Shown: piece after piece, positions 26,419 through 36,018 of the stretch
Layout of the letters: every line of letters begins with the position of its first letter
Numbering within the stretch: position 1 is the first letter of the stretch
From: Erysipelotrichia bacterium
GTDB taxonomy: Bacteria > Bacillota_I > Bacilli_A > RFN20 > CAG-826
Assembly: GCA_012522695.1 (NCBI GenBank)
Contig: JAAYJX010000147.1
Coordinates: 1-60,086, forward strand
Direction: 5' to 3'
DNA: 60,086 nucleotides
Translations under genes and position numbers: made by a program
Notes under the pieces: generated by a model
Told to the model about the DNA's origin: nothing
The model's database searches: none
The model's input: the letters and a program-made list of their open reading frames with translations, nothing else

Positions 26419-28263
26419 ATGGCGTACGGACTACTTTATGATTTTTTATTAGGACAAACAACACGCGCTTATGAATATTTTGGCGCTCATTTTATTGAAC
26501 AAGAAATTAATAATAAAAAAGTTCCTGGCGTTATGTTTCGTCTTTATGCGCCGATGGCAAGTGATGTTAGTGTTATTGGCACTTTTAATCAATGGGATTT
26601 TTATAAGCATAAAATGAATAAAGTTGATGATGTCGGTGTTTATGAACTTTTTATTCCATATTTACGTGAGTATGAATCATATAAATATCATTTTAAAAAC
26701 GCTAAAGGCGAATATGTCGATAAAGCTGATCCCTTTGCTTTTTATAGTGAATATCGGCCAGCGACTTGTTCACGTCTTTTCGATATTAAAAATTTTATTT
26801 GGCACGACAGTGCTTACATGAAAAATCGCTCACGTCAATTTGATGCACCGATGTCAATTTATGAAATTCATCTAGGTTCTTGGAAAGGAAAAGTTGATAA
26901 TCGCCATTTAAGTTATGAAGAAATTGCTGATTATTTAATTCCTTATGTTAAAGAATTAGGTTATACACACGTTGAAATTATGCCGATTACTCAATATCCA
27001 TTTGATGGTTCTTGGGGATATCAAGCAACTGGTTTTTATTCGGTTGATTCACGTTATGGAAATCCTAAACAATTAATGTCTTTTGTTGATCGAATGCATC
27101 AAGCAGGCATTGGTGTGATTTTAGATTTTGTCCCCGTTCATTTTGCTAAAGATGATTTTGCTTTAGCAAACTTTGATGGTGATTATTTATTTGAACCAAA
27201 AAATAAAAAAAGAAGATATTCACAATGGGGTAGTAATTTATTTGATTTAAGTAAAGACCCAGTTCGCTCTTTTTTAATTTCAGCGATGAACTATTTTTTA
27301 ACTTATTTTCATTTTGATGGTTTAAGAATTGATGCGGTTAGTAATATTATTTTTCATGATGGTGACAAGTCTAAAGGTCGTAATGAAGGCGGGATTGAAT
27401 TTTTAAAAAGAATGAATACGCTTTTACATGGCGAACATCCTTCAATTATTATGATTGCTGAAGATAGTAGTGACTTCCAAGGAGTTACTAAACCAGTCGG
27501 ATATGGTGGATTAGGTTTCGACTATAAATGGGATTTAGGTTGGATGAATGATACTTTAAAATATTACTCTAAAGATCCAATTTATAAAAAACATCATCAT
27601 CATGATTTAACTTTTTCGATGGCGTATTTTTTTAGTGAAAATTTCTTATTACCGCTTTCTCATGATGAAGTCGTTCATGGTAAGGGTACGATTATTAATA
27701 AAATGTGGGGCGATTATGAACAAAAGTTTGCTCTACTTCGTAATTTATATACATATCAATTCGCTCATCCTGGCAAAAAGCTTAATTTTATGGGTAATGA
27801 ATTAGCTTCTTTTGATGAATGGAATGAAAGTAAATCTCTACCTTGGGTTTTAAGAACTTTTCCTAAACATGATTCGATTACGAGACTTATTCGTGATTTA
27901 AATTTAATTTATAAATATGAAAAAGCGATGCATTTTCAAGAATATAATCCAACACGTTTTCGTTGGTTGATGGCTGATAACGTTGATCAATCAATTTATG
28001 CTTTTGAAAGAATTGTTGACGATTCACATTTAGTTTTTGTTTTTAATATGACACCTAATTATTTTGAAAATTATGAATTAGGCGTTCATCAAGAAGGCAT
28101 TTATGAAGAAATTTTTAATAGTGATAAAGATGTTTATAGTGGGGCAAATCAATATAATGGTTTACCATTAAAAACTGAACCTTATGGACCTTATGGCCGT
28201 CCTCATCATATTAAAATTAAAGTCGCTTCATTTGCAGCAATGATTTTAAAATATAAAAAGTAG
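26419..28263 (+). CDS. glgB: 1,4-alpha-glucan branching enzyme (GH13)
   Basis: GYQATGFY, DFVPVHF, GLRIDAVSN, IAEDSS, FDYKWDLGWMND, LPLSHDEVVHGK; 614 aa. Confidence 0.9.
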   Translation: MAYGLLYDFLLGQTTRAYEYFGAHFIEQEINNKKVPGVMFRLYAPMASDVSVIGTFNQWDFYKHKMNKVDDVGVYELFIPYLREYESYKYHFKNAKGEYVDKADPFAFYSEYRPATCSRLFDIKNFIWHDSAYMKNRSRQFDAPMSIYEIHLGSWKGKVDNRHLSYEEIADYLIPYVKELGYTHVEIMPITQYPFDGSWGYQATGFYSVDSRYGNPKQLMSFVDRMHQAGIGVILDFVPVHFAKDDFALANFDGDYLFEPKNKKRRYSQWGSNLFDLSKDPVRSFLISAMNYFLTYFHFDGLRIDAVSNIIFHDGDKSKGRNEGGIEFLKRMNTLLHGEHPSIIMIAEDSSDFQGVTKPVGYGGLGFDYKWDLGWMNDTLKYYSKDPIYKKHHHHDLTFSMAYFFSENFLLPLSHDEVVHGKGTIINKMWGDYEQKFALLRNLYTYQFAHPGKKLNFMGNELASFDEWNESKSLPWVLRTFPKHDSITRLIRDLNLIYKYEKAMHFQEYNPTRFRWLMADNVDQSIYAFERIVDDSHLVFVFNMTPNYFENYELGVHQEGIYEEIFNSDKDVYSGANQYNGLPLKTEPYGPYGRPHHIKIKVASFAAMILKYKK

Positions 28264-28275
28264 AAGGAGAAAAAG

Positions 28276-30684
28276 ATGTTTAAGGATAAAAATGAGTTTA
28301 AAAAAGAATTCGCAAAGCGTTTAAGTGAAAAGTACGGTAAAAACGTTAAAGATTCACATATTAGCGAACGTTATGATGCTTTAGGAACGATTGTTCGTGA
28401 TTATGCTGGTAATTATTGGCGGCAAACACGTGAACATATTTTAAAAAATAAAAGTAAGCAATTAATTTATTTTTCGATGGAGTTTCTTATTGGTCGTTTA
28501 ATGCATTCAAACTTACAAAATCTTGGTATTTATGAAATTGCTGAACAAGGTTTAAAAGATTTAGGCATTGATATTAAAGAATTAGAAGATCAAGAAAAAG
28601 ATGCCGGTTTAGGAAATGGAGGTCTTGGTCGTTTAGCGGCTTGCTTTATGGATTCACTTGCCTCTTTAGGCTATCCAGGACATGGTAATACGATTCGTTA
28701 TGAATATGGGTTTTTTCGCCAAGCAATTCGTAATCATAAACAAATTGAAATGCCTGATAATTGGCTCACAAATGGTTATGTTTTTGAAGTCCGCAAACCA
28801 AAACATGCTGTCGAAGTTAAATTTTATGGTAATGCTGAAACTTACTTAAAAAAGAATGGCCAATTTGGCATTAGAACTTCGAATGCTGTTTCTGTTATTG
28901 CCATGCCATATGATGTTTCACTCGTGGGTTATCGTAATAATGTTGCAAATACTTTACGTTTATGGTCGGCTGAACCTAGTTATGAAAACCTCCCTAAAAC
29001 TCAAGATTTTGATGAATATTTAAAAACGCTTAAACAATTATGTCACGGTCTTTATCCTGACGATTCGACTGAACAAGGACGTATTTTACGCCTTCGACAA
29101 CAATATTTTTTAGTTAGTGCTGGCTTACAAAGTGCGATGCGCGGACATAATCGTCGTTTTGGTAATTTAGATCAATTTGCCGAACATCATGTTTTTCAAT
29201 TAAATGATACGCATCCGATTTTAGCTATTCCAGAAATGATGAGACTTTTAATTGATGAATATGAATATGAATGGGACGATGCTTGGAAACAAGTTCAAAA
29301 AAGCTTTGCTTATACGAACCACACAACGATGCAAGAAGCTTTAGAAAAATGGCCGATTCAATACGTTCAACGTCTAATTCCACGTTGTTTTATGATTATT
29401 GAAGAAATTAATCGCCGCTTTAATATTGAACTCGCTGAGAAAAATATTGATTTAGGAAAACGCTATGCGATGCAAATTGTTAAAGACGGTCAAATCCATA
29501 TGACAAATCTTGCGATTTATGCTGCTTATTCTGTTAATGGAGTTGCTAAACTTCATACTGAAATTTTAAAGCGTGATACATTTAAAGAATTTTATGAAAT
29601 TTATCCTGAAAAATTTAATAATAAAACAAATGGCGTAACGCATCGTCGTTGGATGATGTATGCTAATCCAAAACTTACTGATTTTATTAGCAAAAAAATT
29701 GGTGAAAAATGGTATTTAGATATGTCCGAACTTCAAGCGTTTGAAAAGTATAAAGATGATAAAAAAGTTCAAGAGGCTGTTTTAAAAATTAAAGATGAAA
29801 ATAAACTCGCTTTGGCAGCTTATTTAAAGAAAAAGCAAGGCACAATTATTAATGTTGATTCTATTTTTGATGTGCAAATTAAACGCCTTCACGCTTATAA
29901 AAGGCAACTAATGAATGTTTTTCATATTATTTATTTATACCAACGCTTAAAAGAAGACCCGAACTTTAAAATTTATCCAAGAACATTTATTTTTGGGGCA
30001 AAAGCGGCACCAAGTTATACGTTTGCGAAAAAAGTTATCGAACTAATTATTGCTGTTAGTGATGTAATTAATCGCGATGAAAAAGTAAGTAAATATTTAC
30101 AAGTCGTCTTTGTTGAAAATTATGGTGTCTCTTCTGCTGAAAAAATTATTCCCGCAACAGACGTGAGCGAACAAATTTCAACAGCCGGAAAAGAAGCTAG
30201 CGGGACTGGTAATATGAAATTTATGATGAATGGAGCAATAACTTTAGGAACACTTGATGGCGCTAACGTTGAAATATCAGAATTAGTTGGTTTAGAAAAC
30301 GCTGTTATTTTTGGTTTAAAAACTGAAGAAGTCGAAGAACATTACGCGCAAGGTGATTATAATCCTTGGGACATGTATCATAGTGACCCACGCATTAAAA
30401 AAATTATTGATAGTTTATTTAATGGACCTTGGACATTTGGAAAAAATGAAAAATATCAAATCATCTTTGATGAAGTAATGCACCATAATGATAATTACTT
30501 TATTTTAAAAGATTTACCAGCCTATATTGAAGCGCAAGAAAAAATCGAAAAACTTTATTTAGATAAAGCGCTTTGGGCAAAAATGCAAATTATTAATATT
30601 GCCCGTAGTGGCTTTTTTACAACTGATCGGACAATTGAACAATATATTAATGATATTTGGCATTTAAAGAAAATTAAATTATGA
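28276..30684 (+). CDS. glgP: Alpha-glucan (glycogen/maltodextrin) phosphorylase
   Basis: DAGLGNGGLGRLAACF and the PLP-lysine region EASGTGNMKFMMNGA; 802 aa. Confidence 0.95.
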   Translation: MFKDKNEFKKEFAKRLSEKYGKNVKDSHISERYDALGTIVRDYAGNYWRQTREHILKNKSKQLIYFSMEFLIGRLMHSNLQNLGIYEIAEQGLKDLGIDIKELEDQEKDAGLGNGGLGRLAACFMDSLASLGYPGHGNTIRYEYGFFRQAIRNHKQIEMPDNWLTNGYVFEVRKPKHAVEVKFYGNAETYLKKNGQFGIRTSNAVSVIAMPYDVSLVGYRNNVANTLRLWSAEPSYENLPKTQDFDEYLKTLKQLCHGLYPDDSTEQGRILRLRQQYFLVSAGLQSAMRGHNRRFGNLDQFAEHHVFQLNDTHPILAIPEMMRLLIDEYEYEWDDAWKQVQKSFAYTNHTTMQEALEKWPIQYVQRLIPRCFMIIEEINRRFNIELAEKNIDLGKRYAMQIVKDGQIHMTNLAIYAAYSVNGVAKLHTEILKRDTFKEFYEIYPEKFNNKTNGVTHRRWMMYANPKLTDFISKKIGEKWYLDMSELQAFEKYKDDKKVQEAVLKIKDENKLALAAYLKKKQGTIINVDSIFDVQIKRLHAYKRQLMNVFHIIYLYQRLKEDPNFKIYPRTFIFGAKAAPSYTFAKKVIELIIAVSDVINRDEKVSKYLQVVFVENYGVSSAEKIIPATDVSEQISTAGKEASGTGNMKFMMNGAITLGTLDGANVEISELVGLENAVIFGLKTEEVEEHYAQGDYNPWDMYHSDPRIKKIIDSLFNGPWTFGKNEKYQIIFDEVMHHNDNYFILKDLPAYIEAQEKIEKLYLDKALWAKMQIINIARSGFFTTDRTIEQYINDIWHLKKIKL

Positions 30685-31178
30685 ACAATGTTTTCGACTT
30701 AAGTGAGTTATATGGTTTACAAGCCCGTCTTGATGAAACGATTGCTTTAAAACATGGTACATCTTATGAATCGACAAAAGATGATCGTCTTTTAGCATTA
30801 CTCGTTGAAATATCAGAACTTGCTAATGAAACACGAGTATTTAAATATTGGTCAACAAAAGGTCCTTCTAATAAAAATATTCTTTTAGATGAATATGCAG
30901 ACGGACTACATTTTTTCTTATCGATTGGTGTTGCTTTAAAAACAAAAAAGTTTTCTTATGTTATTCAAAAAGAAAACTTAAGTCTAACGAAACATTTTCA
31001 CGAATTATTCGCTTTAATTAGTAAACTGATTGATAATTATAATATAGAAAACTATACTAAAGCCATTCAGCTTTTCTTAAATCTAATTTTAAGTTTGAAT
31101 TTTACAATCCTTGAAGTAAAAGATGCATACTTAAAAAAATTACAAGAAAATTACAAGCGACAAGAAAATAATTATTAA
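30681..31178 (+). CDS. All-alpha dimeric dUTPase-family protein (dUTPase_2-like)
   Basis: LLVEISELANETRVFKYW and LDEYADGLHFFLSIG resemble dimeric dUTPase motifs. ATGA overlap with glgP. Confidence 0.55.
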   Translation: MNNVFDLSELYGLQARLDETIALKHGTSYESTKDDRLLALLVEISELANETRVFKYWSTKGPSNKNILLDEYADGLHFFLSIGVALKTKKFSYVIQKENLSLTKHFHELFALISKLIDNYNIENYTKAIQLFLNLILSLNFTILEVKDAYLKKLQENYKRQENNY

Positions 31179-31192
31179 GGAGAAAAAAATAA

Positions 31193-32278
31193 ATGACAGA
31201 CAAAAAAAGATTAGCCTTTTTACAAGAACTTAGTGAAGTCGAAGGCGTTTCTGGCCGAGAACAAGAAGTAGGCCGTGTTTTCAAAAAACACGTTAGTGAT
31301 TATGCTTCACGTATCGAATATGATAATTTAGGATCAATTATTGCCTATAAAGATGGGCAAAAAGATGAACCAGTTATTATGTTATCAGGCCATATTGATG
31401 AAGTTGGTTTTTTAGTTCATCGGATTGAAGATCAAGGATACATTCGCTTTCATCCAATTGGTGGGTGGTGGGGACATGTTGTTTTAGCCCAAACAGTTCG
31501 CATTACAACTAGCGAAGGTAAAAAAATCTTTGGTGTTGTTGGCGCTCAACCTCCTCATGGTATGCCACTTGAACAAAGAAACCGCGTTATGGAAATTAAA
31601 GATATGTATATTGACATTGGCGTTAAAAATAAAGAAGAAGTCGAAAAACTCGGTGTTCGTGTTGGCGATATGATTACGCCTTATACACCCTTCCGCGTTA
31701 TGAATGATAATAAAACACTTTTAGGGAAAGCTTGGGATAATCGTGTTGGCGCGGCAATTGCTATTGAAGTTTTACAAAACTTAAAAGACGTTGATCATAA
31801 AGCAACCGTCGTTGCTGCCGGTACTGTTCAAGAAGAAGTTGGTTTAAGAGGAGCAAGAACGGCTGCCTATCATATTAAACCAGACATTGCCTTTGCCCTT
31901 GATGTGACAATGTCATATGACTTACCTGGCGCGCCGAATCATCCGACTAAATTAGGAGCAGGTGTTGCCTTATCGATTATGGATGGCTCTGTTATTGCTC
32001 ATCGGGGACTTTTTGATTTTGTTGAAAAGATTGCTAAAGAAAAAGGCATTAAGTACACTTACGACTTAATGACCGCTGGTGGTACTGATGCTGGTGAAAT
32101 TCATAAACAATATGCCGGTGTCGTAACGATGACAATTTCTGTCCCATGTCGTTATTTTCATAGCCACGTGTCATTAGTACATATCGACGATTATCTTGAA
32201 GCAGTGAAATTAGTTACTGAAGTCGTTAAAGCAATTGATCAAAAAACACTTGCGGAAATTAAACAAGCCAAACAATAA
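31193..32278 (+). CDS. M42-family glutamyl aminopeptidase / endoglucanase-like peptidase
   Basis: GVSGREQEV, SGHIDEVGF, WDNRVG, QEEVGLRGA; 361 aa. Confidence 0.85.
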   Translation: MTDKKRLAFLQELSEVEGVSGREQEVGRVFKKHVSDYASRIEYDNLGSIIAYKDGQKDEPVIMLSGHIDEVGFLVHRIEDQGYIRFHPIGGWWGHVVLAQTVRITTSEGKKIFGVVGAQPPHGMPLEQRNRVMEIKDMYIDIGVKNKEEVEKLGVRVGDMITPYTPFRVMNDNKTLLGKAWDNRVGAAIAIEVLQNLKDVDHKATVVAAGTVQEEVGLRGARTAAYHIKPDIAFALDVTMSYDLPGAPNHPTKLGAGVALSIMDGSVIAHRGLFDFVEKIAKEKGIKYTYDLMTAGGTDAGEIHKQYAGVVTMTISVPCRYFHSHVSLVHIDDYLEAVKLVTEVVKAIDQKTLAEIKQAKQ

Positions 32279-32291
32279 AAAGATTAATTAA

Positions 32292-32747
32292 TTAGATATT
32301 TTCTTTTTTTAATTCTTCAAGTAGAAGCGGAATTTCGTTTTGACTAAGAACGCGAATACCATTTTGCTTTAATAAAGTCGAGGTTAAGCCGCTTCCTTTA
32401 ATTAAATGGTTTTCAAAAAAACCATTATATATATAATGAACTCCACACGATGGGGAATTTTCTTTTAAAATTGCTAAATCAATATGTAAATATTTACATA
32501 AATTAAGGGCCAATTCAGCACCTTTTTTAAAATATTTTGTTACTTCTTTTCCTTTTTCATTAATAACGCGCCCATAACGAATTTCACTTCTTAAACGGGG
32601 AATTTTAAGTCCGCCTTCAACTTCAGGGCAAAAAGGAACGAGTTCAAAATAATTCATTAGTTCATTAATGTATGGTGAAAGATTATGTCCGCCATCATAA
32701 CGAACTTTATCACCAACGAGGCAAGCACTAATGAGTATTTTTTTCAT
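32292..32747 (-). CDS. DUF523-family protein (TudS-like)
   Basis: N-terminal ISACLVGDKVRYDGG and CPEVEGGL are typical of DUF523; 151 aa. Confidence 0.65.
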   Translation of the reverse strand: MKKILISACLVGDKVRYDGGHNLSPYINELMNYFELVPFCPEVEGGLKIPRLRSEIRYGRVINEKGKEVTKYFKKGAELALNLCKYLHIDLAILKENSPSCGVHYIYNGFFENHLIKGSGLTSTLLKQNGIRVLSQNEIPLLLEELKKENI

Positions 32748-33235
32748 TATTTAATTAATTTAAAAGCAAAAGGAATGACGCCACCAACGATTGCAAGAGG
32801 GCCAACAATATAACTTCCAATCGCTAAATGAACTTTATTAGGATCAATTGTAACTAATTCAATTTGAAGTGTTGTTTTAGAAAGTAAAACTAAAACACCA
32901 GCAGCAACGCCTAAAACTAAAACGACAAAATGAGCTAAACCGCCTAGAACTGATTTTTTAGCAACAAAATGATATACACTAACGACAAGCGCTAAAACTA
33001 AAAAGATAAGTCCCAATAATCCCGCAATATTAAAATTGAATACTTGTATCTCAGTATTAACTTCTTTGTAACCAAAAGTTGATTGTAAAAAAGTATAAGA
33101 AATATCGTCACCAATTAAAGGCGTACGACTAACTGCTGGTAAAACAAACCATAAGACTAAAGCAACGAGTAATAAAACTCCTGATAATAAAAACGCATTT
33201 TTGTTTGTTTTTTTGTTTGATTTTTTCCTTGCCAT
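32747..33235 (-). CDS. Small polytopic membrane protein, unknown function
   Basis: Start moved to MARKKSNKK (ATG at 33235, 7 nt after AAGGAGA). About 4 hydrophobic helices. TAATG overlap with the DUF523 gene. Confidence 0.6.
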   Translation of the reverse strand: MARKKSNKKTNKNAFLLSGVLLLVALVLWFVLPAVSRTPLIGDDISYTFLQSTFGYKEVNTEIQVFNFNIAGLLGLIFLVLALVVSVYHFVAKKSVLGGLAHFVVLVLGVAAGVLVLLSKTTLQIELVTIDPNKVHLAIGSYIVGPLAIVGGVIPFAFKLIK

Positions 33236-33332
33236 TTTTTTCTCCTTAAAACGATTATAGTTTATCATATTCTTCTAGCACTTAAAAAAGAAAAAACTTT
33301 ATTCATTATGCTAATAAGCATATACTATAGTA

Positions 33333-33989
33333 ATGAATTACGAATTTCGCTTTAGTAAAGACAAAAAAGAATATTTAGTCGTCGTAACTTCAAAGAAAAT
33401 AAAAAATGTTATTTTTCGTTATCTCGATAATACTTTTTTCGTTAGTGCTCCGTTTAAAACACCAAAACAAACGATTATTAAATACTTAAACAAACATTAT
33501 GAACGATTATTGAGTAAACAACAATCTCCGCTTAATCCTCTTCTTAATGGGCAACTATACTTATTAGGTGAACTCATTACTTTAAATGAAGGCTATTTAA
33601 CTAAAAAGAACTTTCTAATCGACAACCAACTTTATTATTTAGATGAAAAAGATTTAGAAAAAAAATTAAAAACAATTGCTTTAAATCATTTTACAAGTCG
33701 CGTGCGTTATTTTGAAGAACTAATGAAAATTAAAAAACCTTATAATATTAAAGTTCGGAAAATGAAAACACGTTATGCTTCTAATTCACAAAAAACGCAT
33801 TCTTTAACTTTTCAACTTGCTTTAATTCATTTTGCTGAAAAACTTAGTGATGCGATTATTATTCATGAACTAGCTCATGATACGCATTTTCATCATCAAA
33901 ATTCTTTTTATAATAAAGTATTAAAATTTTGCCCAAATTATTATGAATTAATTGAGATGATTAAAAAGGGTCAGTTTAGTGATAATTAA
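33333..33989 (+). CDS. DUF45/YgjP-like (M48-type) zinc metallopeptidase
   Basis: HELAHDTHFHHQNSFYNKV...CPNY matches the DUF45 HExxH...nHs..F pattern; 218 aa. Confidence 0.65.
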   Translation: MNYEFRFSKDKKEYLVVVTSKKIKNVIFRYLDNTFFVSAPFKTPKQTIIKYLNKHYERLLSKQQSPLNPLLNGQLYLLGELITLNEGYLTKKNFLIDNQLYYLDEKDLEKKLKTIALNHFTSRVRYFEELMKIKKPYNIKVRKMKTRYASNSQKTHSLTFQLALIHFAEKLSDAIIIHELAHDTHFHHQNSFYNKVLKFCPNYYELIEMIKKGQFSDN

Positions 33990-34710
33990 AGAAATTACTT
34001 CAAAAGATAATCAATATGTTTTAGAAGCTTTAAAGCTTAAACATCCTAAATATCGTTTTCAAGAAAAACTTTTCTTAATTGAAGGCGAACATCTTTTAGA
34101 AATGGCTTTAAATACTAAAAAAGTTAAACATCTTTTTGTTTTAAAACCTTTTAAAAATATTAATCTTCTGCAATTAGTTATTCCTTTAGTAATTATGAAA
34201 AAACTTTCTTCCAAAAAAAGCCCACCTAATGTTATTGCGGTTTGTTATGAACTAGAGGCAAAAGAAATAACGACTAAAAAACTAATTTATTTAGATGAAG
34301 TAAGCGACCCTGGTAATTTAGGAACAATCTTAAGAACGGCTTTAGCCTTCGGCTATCAAGATATTTTACTTTCAAAAAAATGCGCTTCAATATATAACGA
34401 AAAAGTCATAAGTGCAACTCAAGGCGCACTTTTTAATCTTAATTTAATACAAAGTTCAACAAAACATTTAGAAACTTTAAAAGATGAAGGTTATCAAATT
34501 GTTGCCACTTCTTTAAAAAACGCTATATCGTTTGAAGAAGTGAATTTGTTAGAAAAATATATTATTGTTTTTGGTAATGAAGGACGAGGCGTGAGTCAAG
34601 ACATTTTAAAAATAAGTGACATCAAAATTAAAATTCCCATGCATTCAATTGAATCTTTAAATGTTAGTGTCGCGGCAAGTATTATTTTGTATCGATTAAG
34701 TCAACGATAA
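33979..34710 (+). CDS. TrmH/SpoU-family RNA 2'-O-methyltransferase (YsgA-like)
   Basis: DPGNLGTILRTA, GNEGRGVS, SLNVSVAASIILY. It lies upstream of pheST as ysgA does in Bacillus. GTG start. Confidence 0.8.
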   Translation: MIIKEITSKDNQYVLEALKLKHPKYRFQEKLFLIEGEHLLEMALNTKKVKHLFVLKPFKNINLLQLVIPLVIMKKLSSKKSPPNVIAVCYELEAKEITTKKLIYLDEVSDPGNLGTILRTALAFGYQDILLSKKCASIYNEKVISATQGALFNLNLIQSSTKHLETLKDEGYQIVATSLKNAISFEEVNLLEKYIIVFGNEGRGVSQDILKISDIKIKIPMHSIESLNVSVAASIILYRLSQR

Positions 34711-34749
34711 ACTATACATAGTTTTTTAAGTTGTGTTATACTATTTTTA

Positions 34750-34950
34750 CGTTGACGAGAAGTAGTAGTCGCAAATAATTATTAGCCAGGGAAGATGGAA
34801 AAGTGTGACCCATCATCTAATAAAAGCGATGAATTCACCTCCGAGGATGGAATTTTTTCCCGTAAGTCGCGTTAAGACATAGAGCGTAAATTCATTTACG
34901 AAAGAGGATGGCACCACGGAGAAATTCGTTCCTTGTGTGTCATTTTATTT
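34750..34950 (+). promoter_or_regulatory. T-box leader (Phe, specifier UUC)
   Basis: Extended -10 TGTTATACT at 34734-34742. Stem I start UGACGAGAAGUAGUA. Specifier GAAUUCACC with UUC at 34834-34836. T-box motif AAAGAGGATGGCACCACGG at 34901-34919. Only an imperfect terminator stem precedes the T-run. Confidence 0.8.
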
Positions 34951-34966
34951 TTTATTAGGAGCTTTT

Positions 34967-36001
34967 ATGAAAGAACATTTAGAAAAACTTGATCATTTAT
35001 TAAAACTTATTACAAACAAAATCGAAGAAGCAATTTCAAAAAAACAATTAATTGAAATTCGTAACGCCTATTTATCAAAAAAAGCTGAAATTAATACGAT
35101 GCTTAGTATTTTAAAAAGTTTAACGCCAGAAGAAAGAAGTGTATTTGGCCAAAAAATTAATTCAGTCCGTGAACATTTATTTCAACTTTATGAACAAAAA
35201 AGTAATTTAATTGATCGTGCAGATTTAACTGACAAATTAAATAAAGAACAAATTGATTTAAGTTTGCCTAGTGTTAATTATACTAGTGGTGGTGTTAATC
35301 CGGTCTTTTTAGTTCGTGATGAAATTTTAAATATTTTTATTGAAATGGGTTATGAAGTTAAAGAAGGAAGAGATGTGGAAAGTGATTATTATAATTTTGA
35401 ATTAATGAACATCCCTAAAAATCACCCATCGCGTGATATGCAAGACTCTTTTTATTTTAGTGAAAGTCTCCTTTTAAGAACACACACATCCCCAGCACAA
35501 GCTCGGGTTATGGAAGAAAAAAAAGGCGAATTAATTAAAGTCGTTTGTCCGGGTAAATGTTACCGACGGGATAATGATGATATGACCCACTCGCATCAAT
35601 TTATGCAAATTGAAGGTTTACTCGTTGGCCAAAACATTAATTTAGGTCACCTTAAGGCAACACTTGATTTATTTATTAAAAAAATGTTTGGTCCAAAAAG
35701 AGAAATTCGTCTAGTTAGTTCATATTTCCCATTTACTGAACCAAGTGTCGAAGTTGAAGTTAGTTGTGCTGAATGTGATGGTCAAGGTTGTCCGACTTGT
35801 AAACATACTGGCTATATTGAAATATTAGGAGCAGGAATGGTTCACCCAGATGTTTTAAAAATGTCAGGATATGACCCGGAAATTTATTCTGGGTTTGCTT
35901 TTGGTATTGGGGTTGAGCGTGTGGCAATGCTTAGATATCAAATTGATGATATTCGCCGCATTTACCAAAACGATGTACGCTTTTTAAAGCAATTTAAATA
36001 A
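34967..36001 (+). CDS. pheS: Phenylalanyl-tRNA synthetase alpha subunit
   Basis: ATG at 34967 follows AGGAG. The track start at 34937 lies inside the leader. Class II motifs (HPSRDMQDSF, FPFTEPS, GAGMVHP, GFAFGIGVERV). Confidence 0.95.
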   Translation: MKEHLEKLDHLLKLITNKIEEAISKKQLIEIRNAYLSKKAEINTMLSILKSLTPEERSVFGQKINSVREHLFQLYEQKSNLIDRADLTDKLNKEQIDLSLPSVNYTSGGVNPVFLVRDEILNIFIEMGYEVKEGRDVESDYYNFELMNIPKNHPSRDMQDSFYFSESLLLRTHTSPAQARVMEEKKGELIKVVCPGKCYRRDNDDMTHSHQFMQIEGLLVGQNINLGHLKATLDLFIKKMFGPKREIRLVSSYFPFTEPSVEVEVSCAECDGQGCPTCKHTGYIEILGAGMVHPDVLKMSGYDPEIYSGFAFGIGVERVAMLRYQIDDIRRIYQNDVRFLKQFK

Positions 36002-36018
36002 AAGGTGAGGATAAAAAG

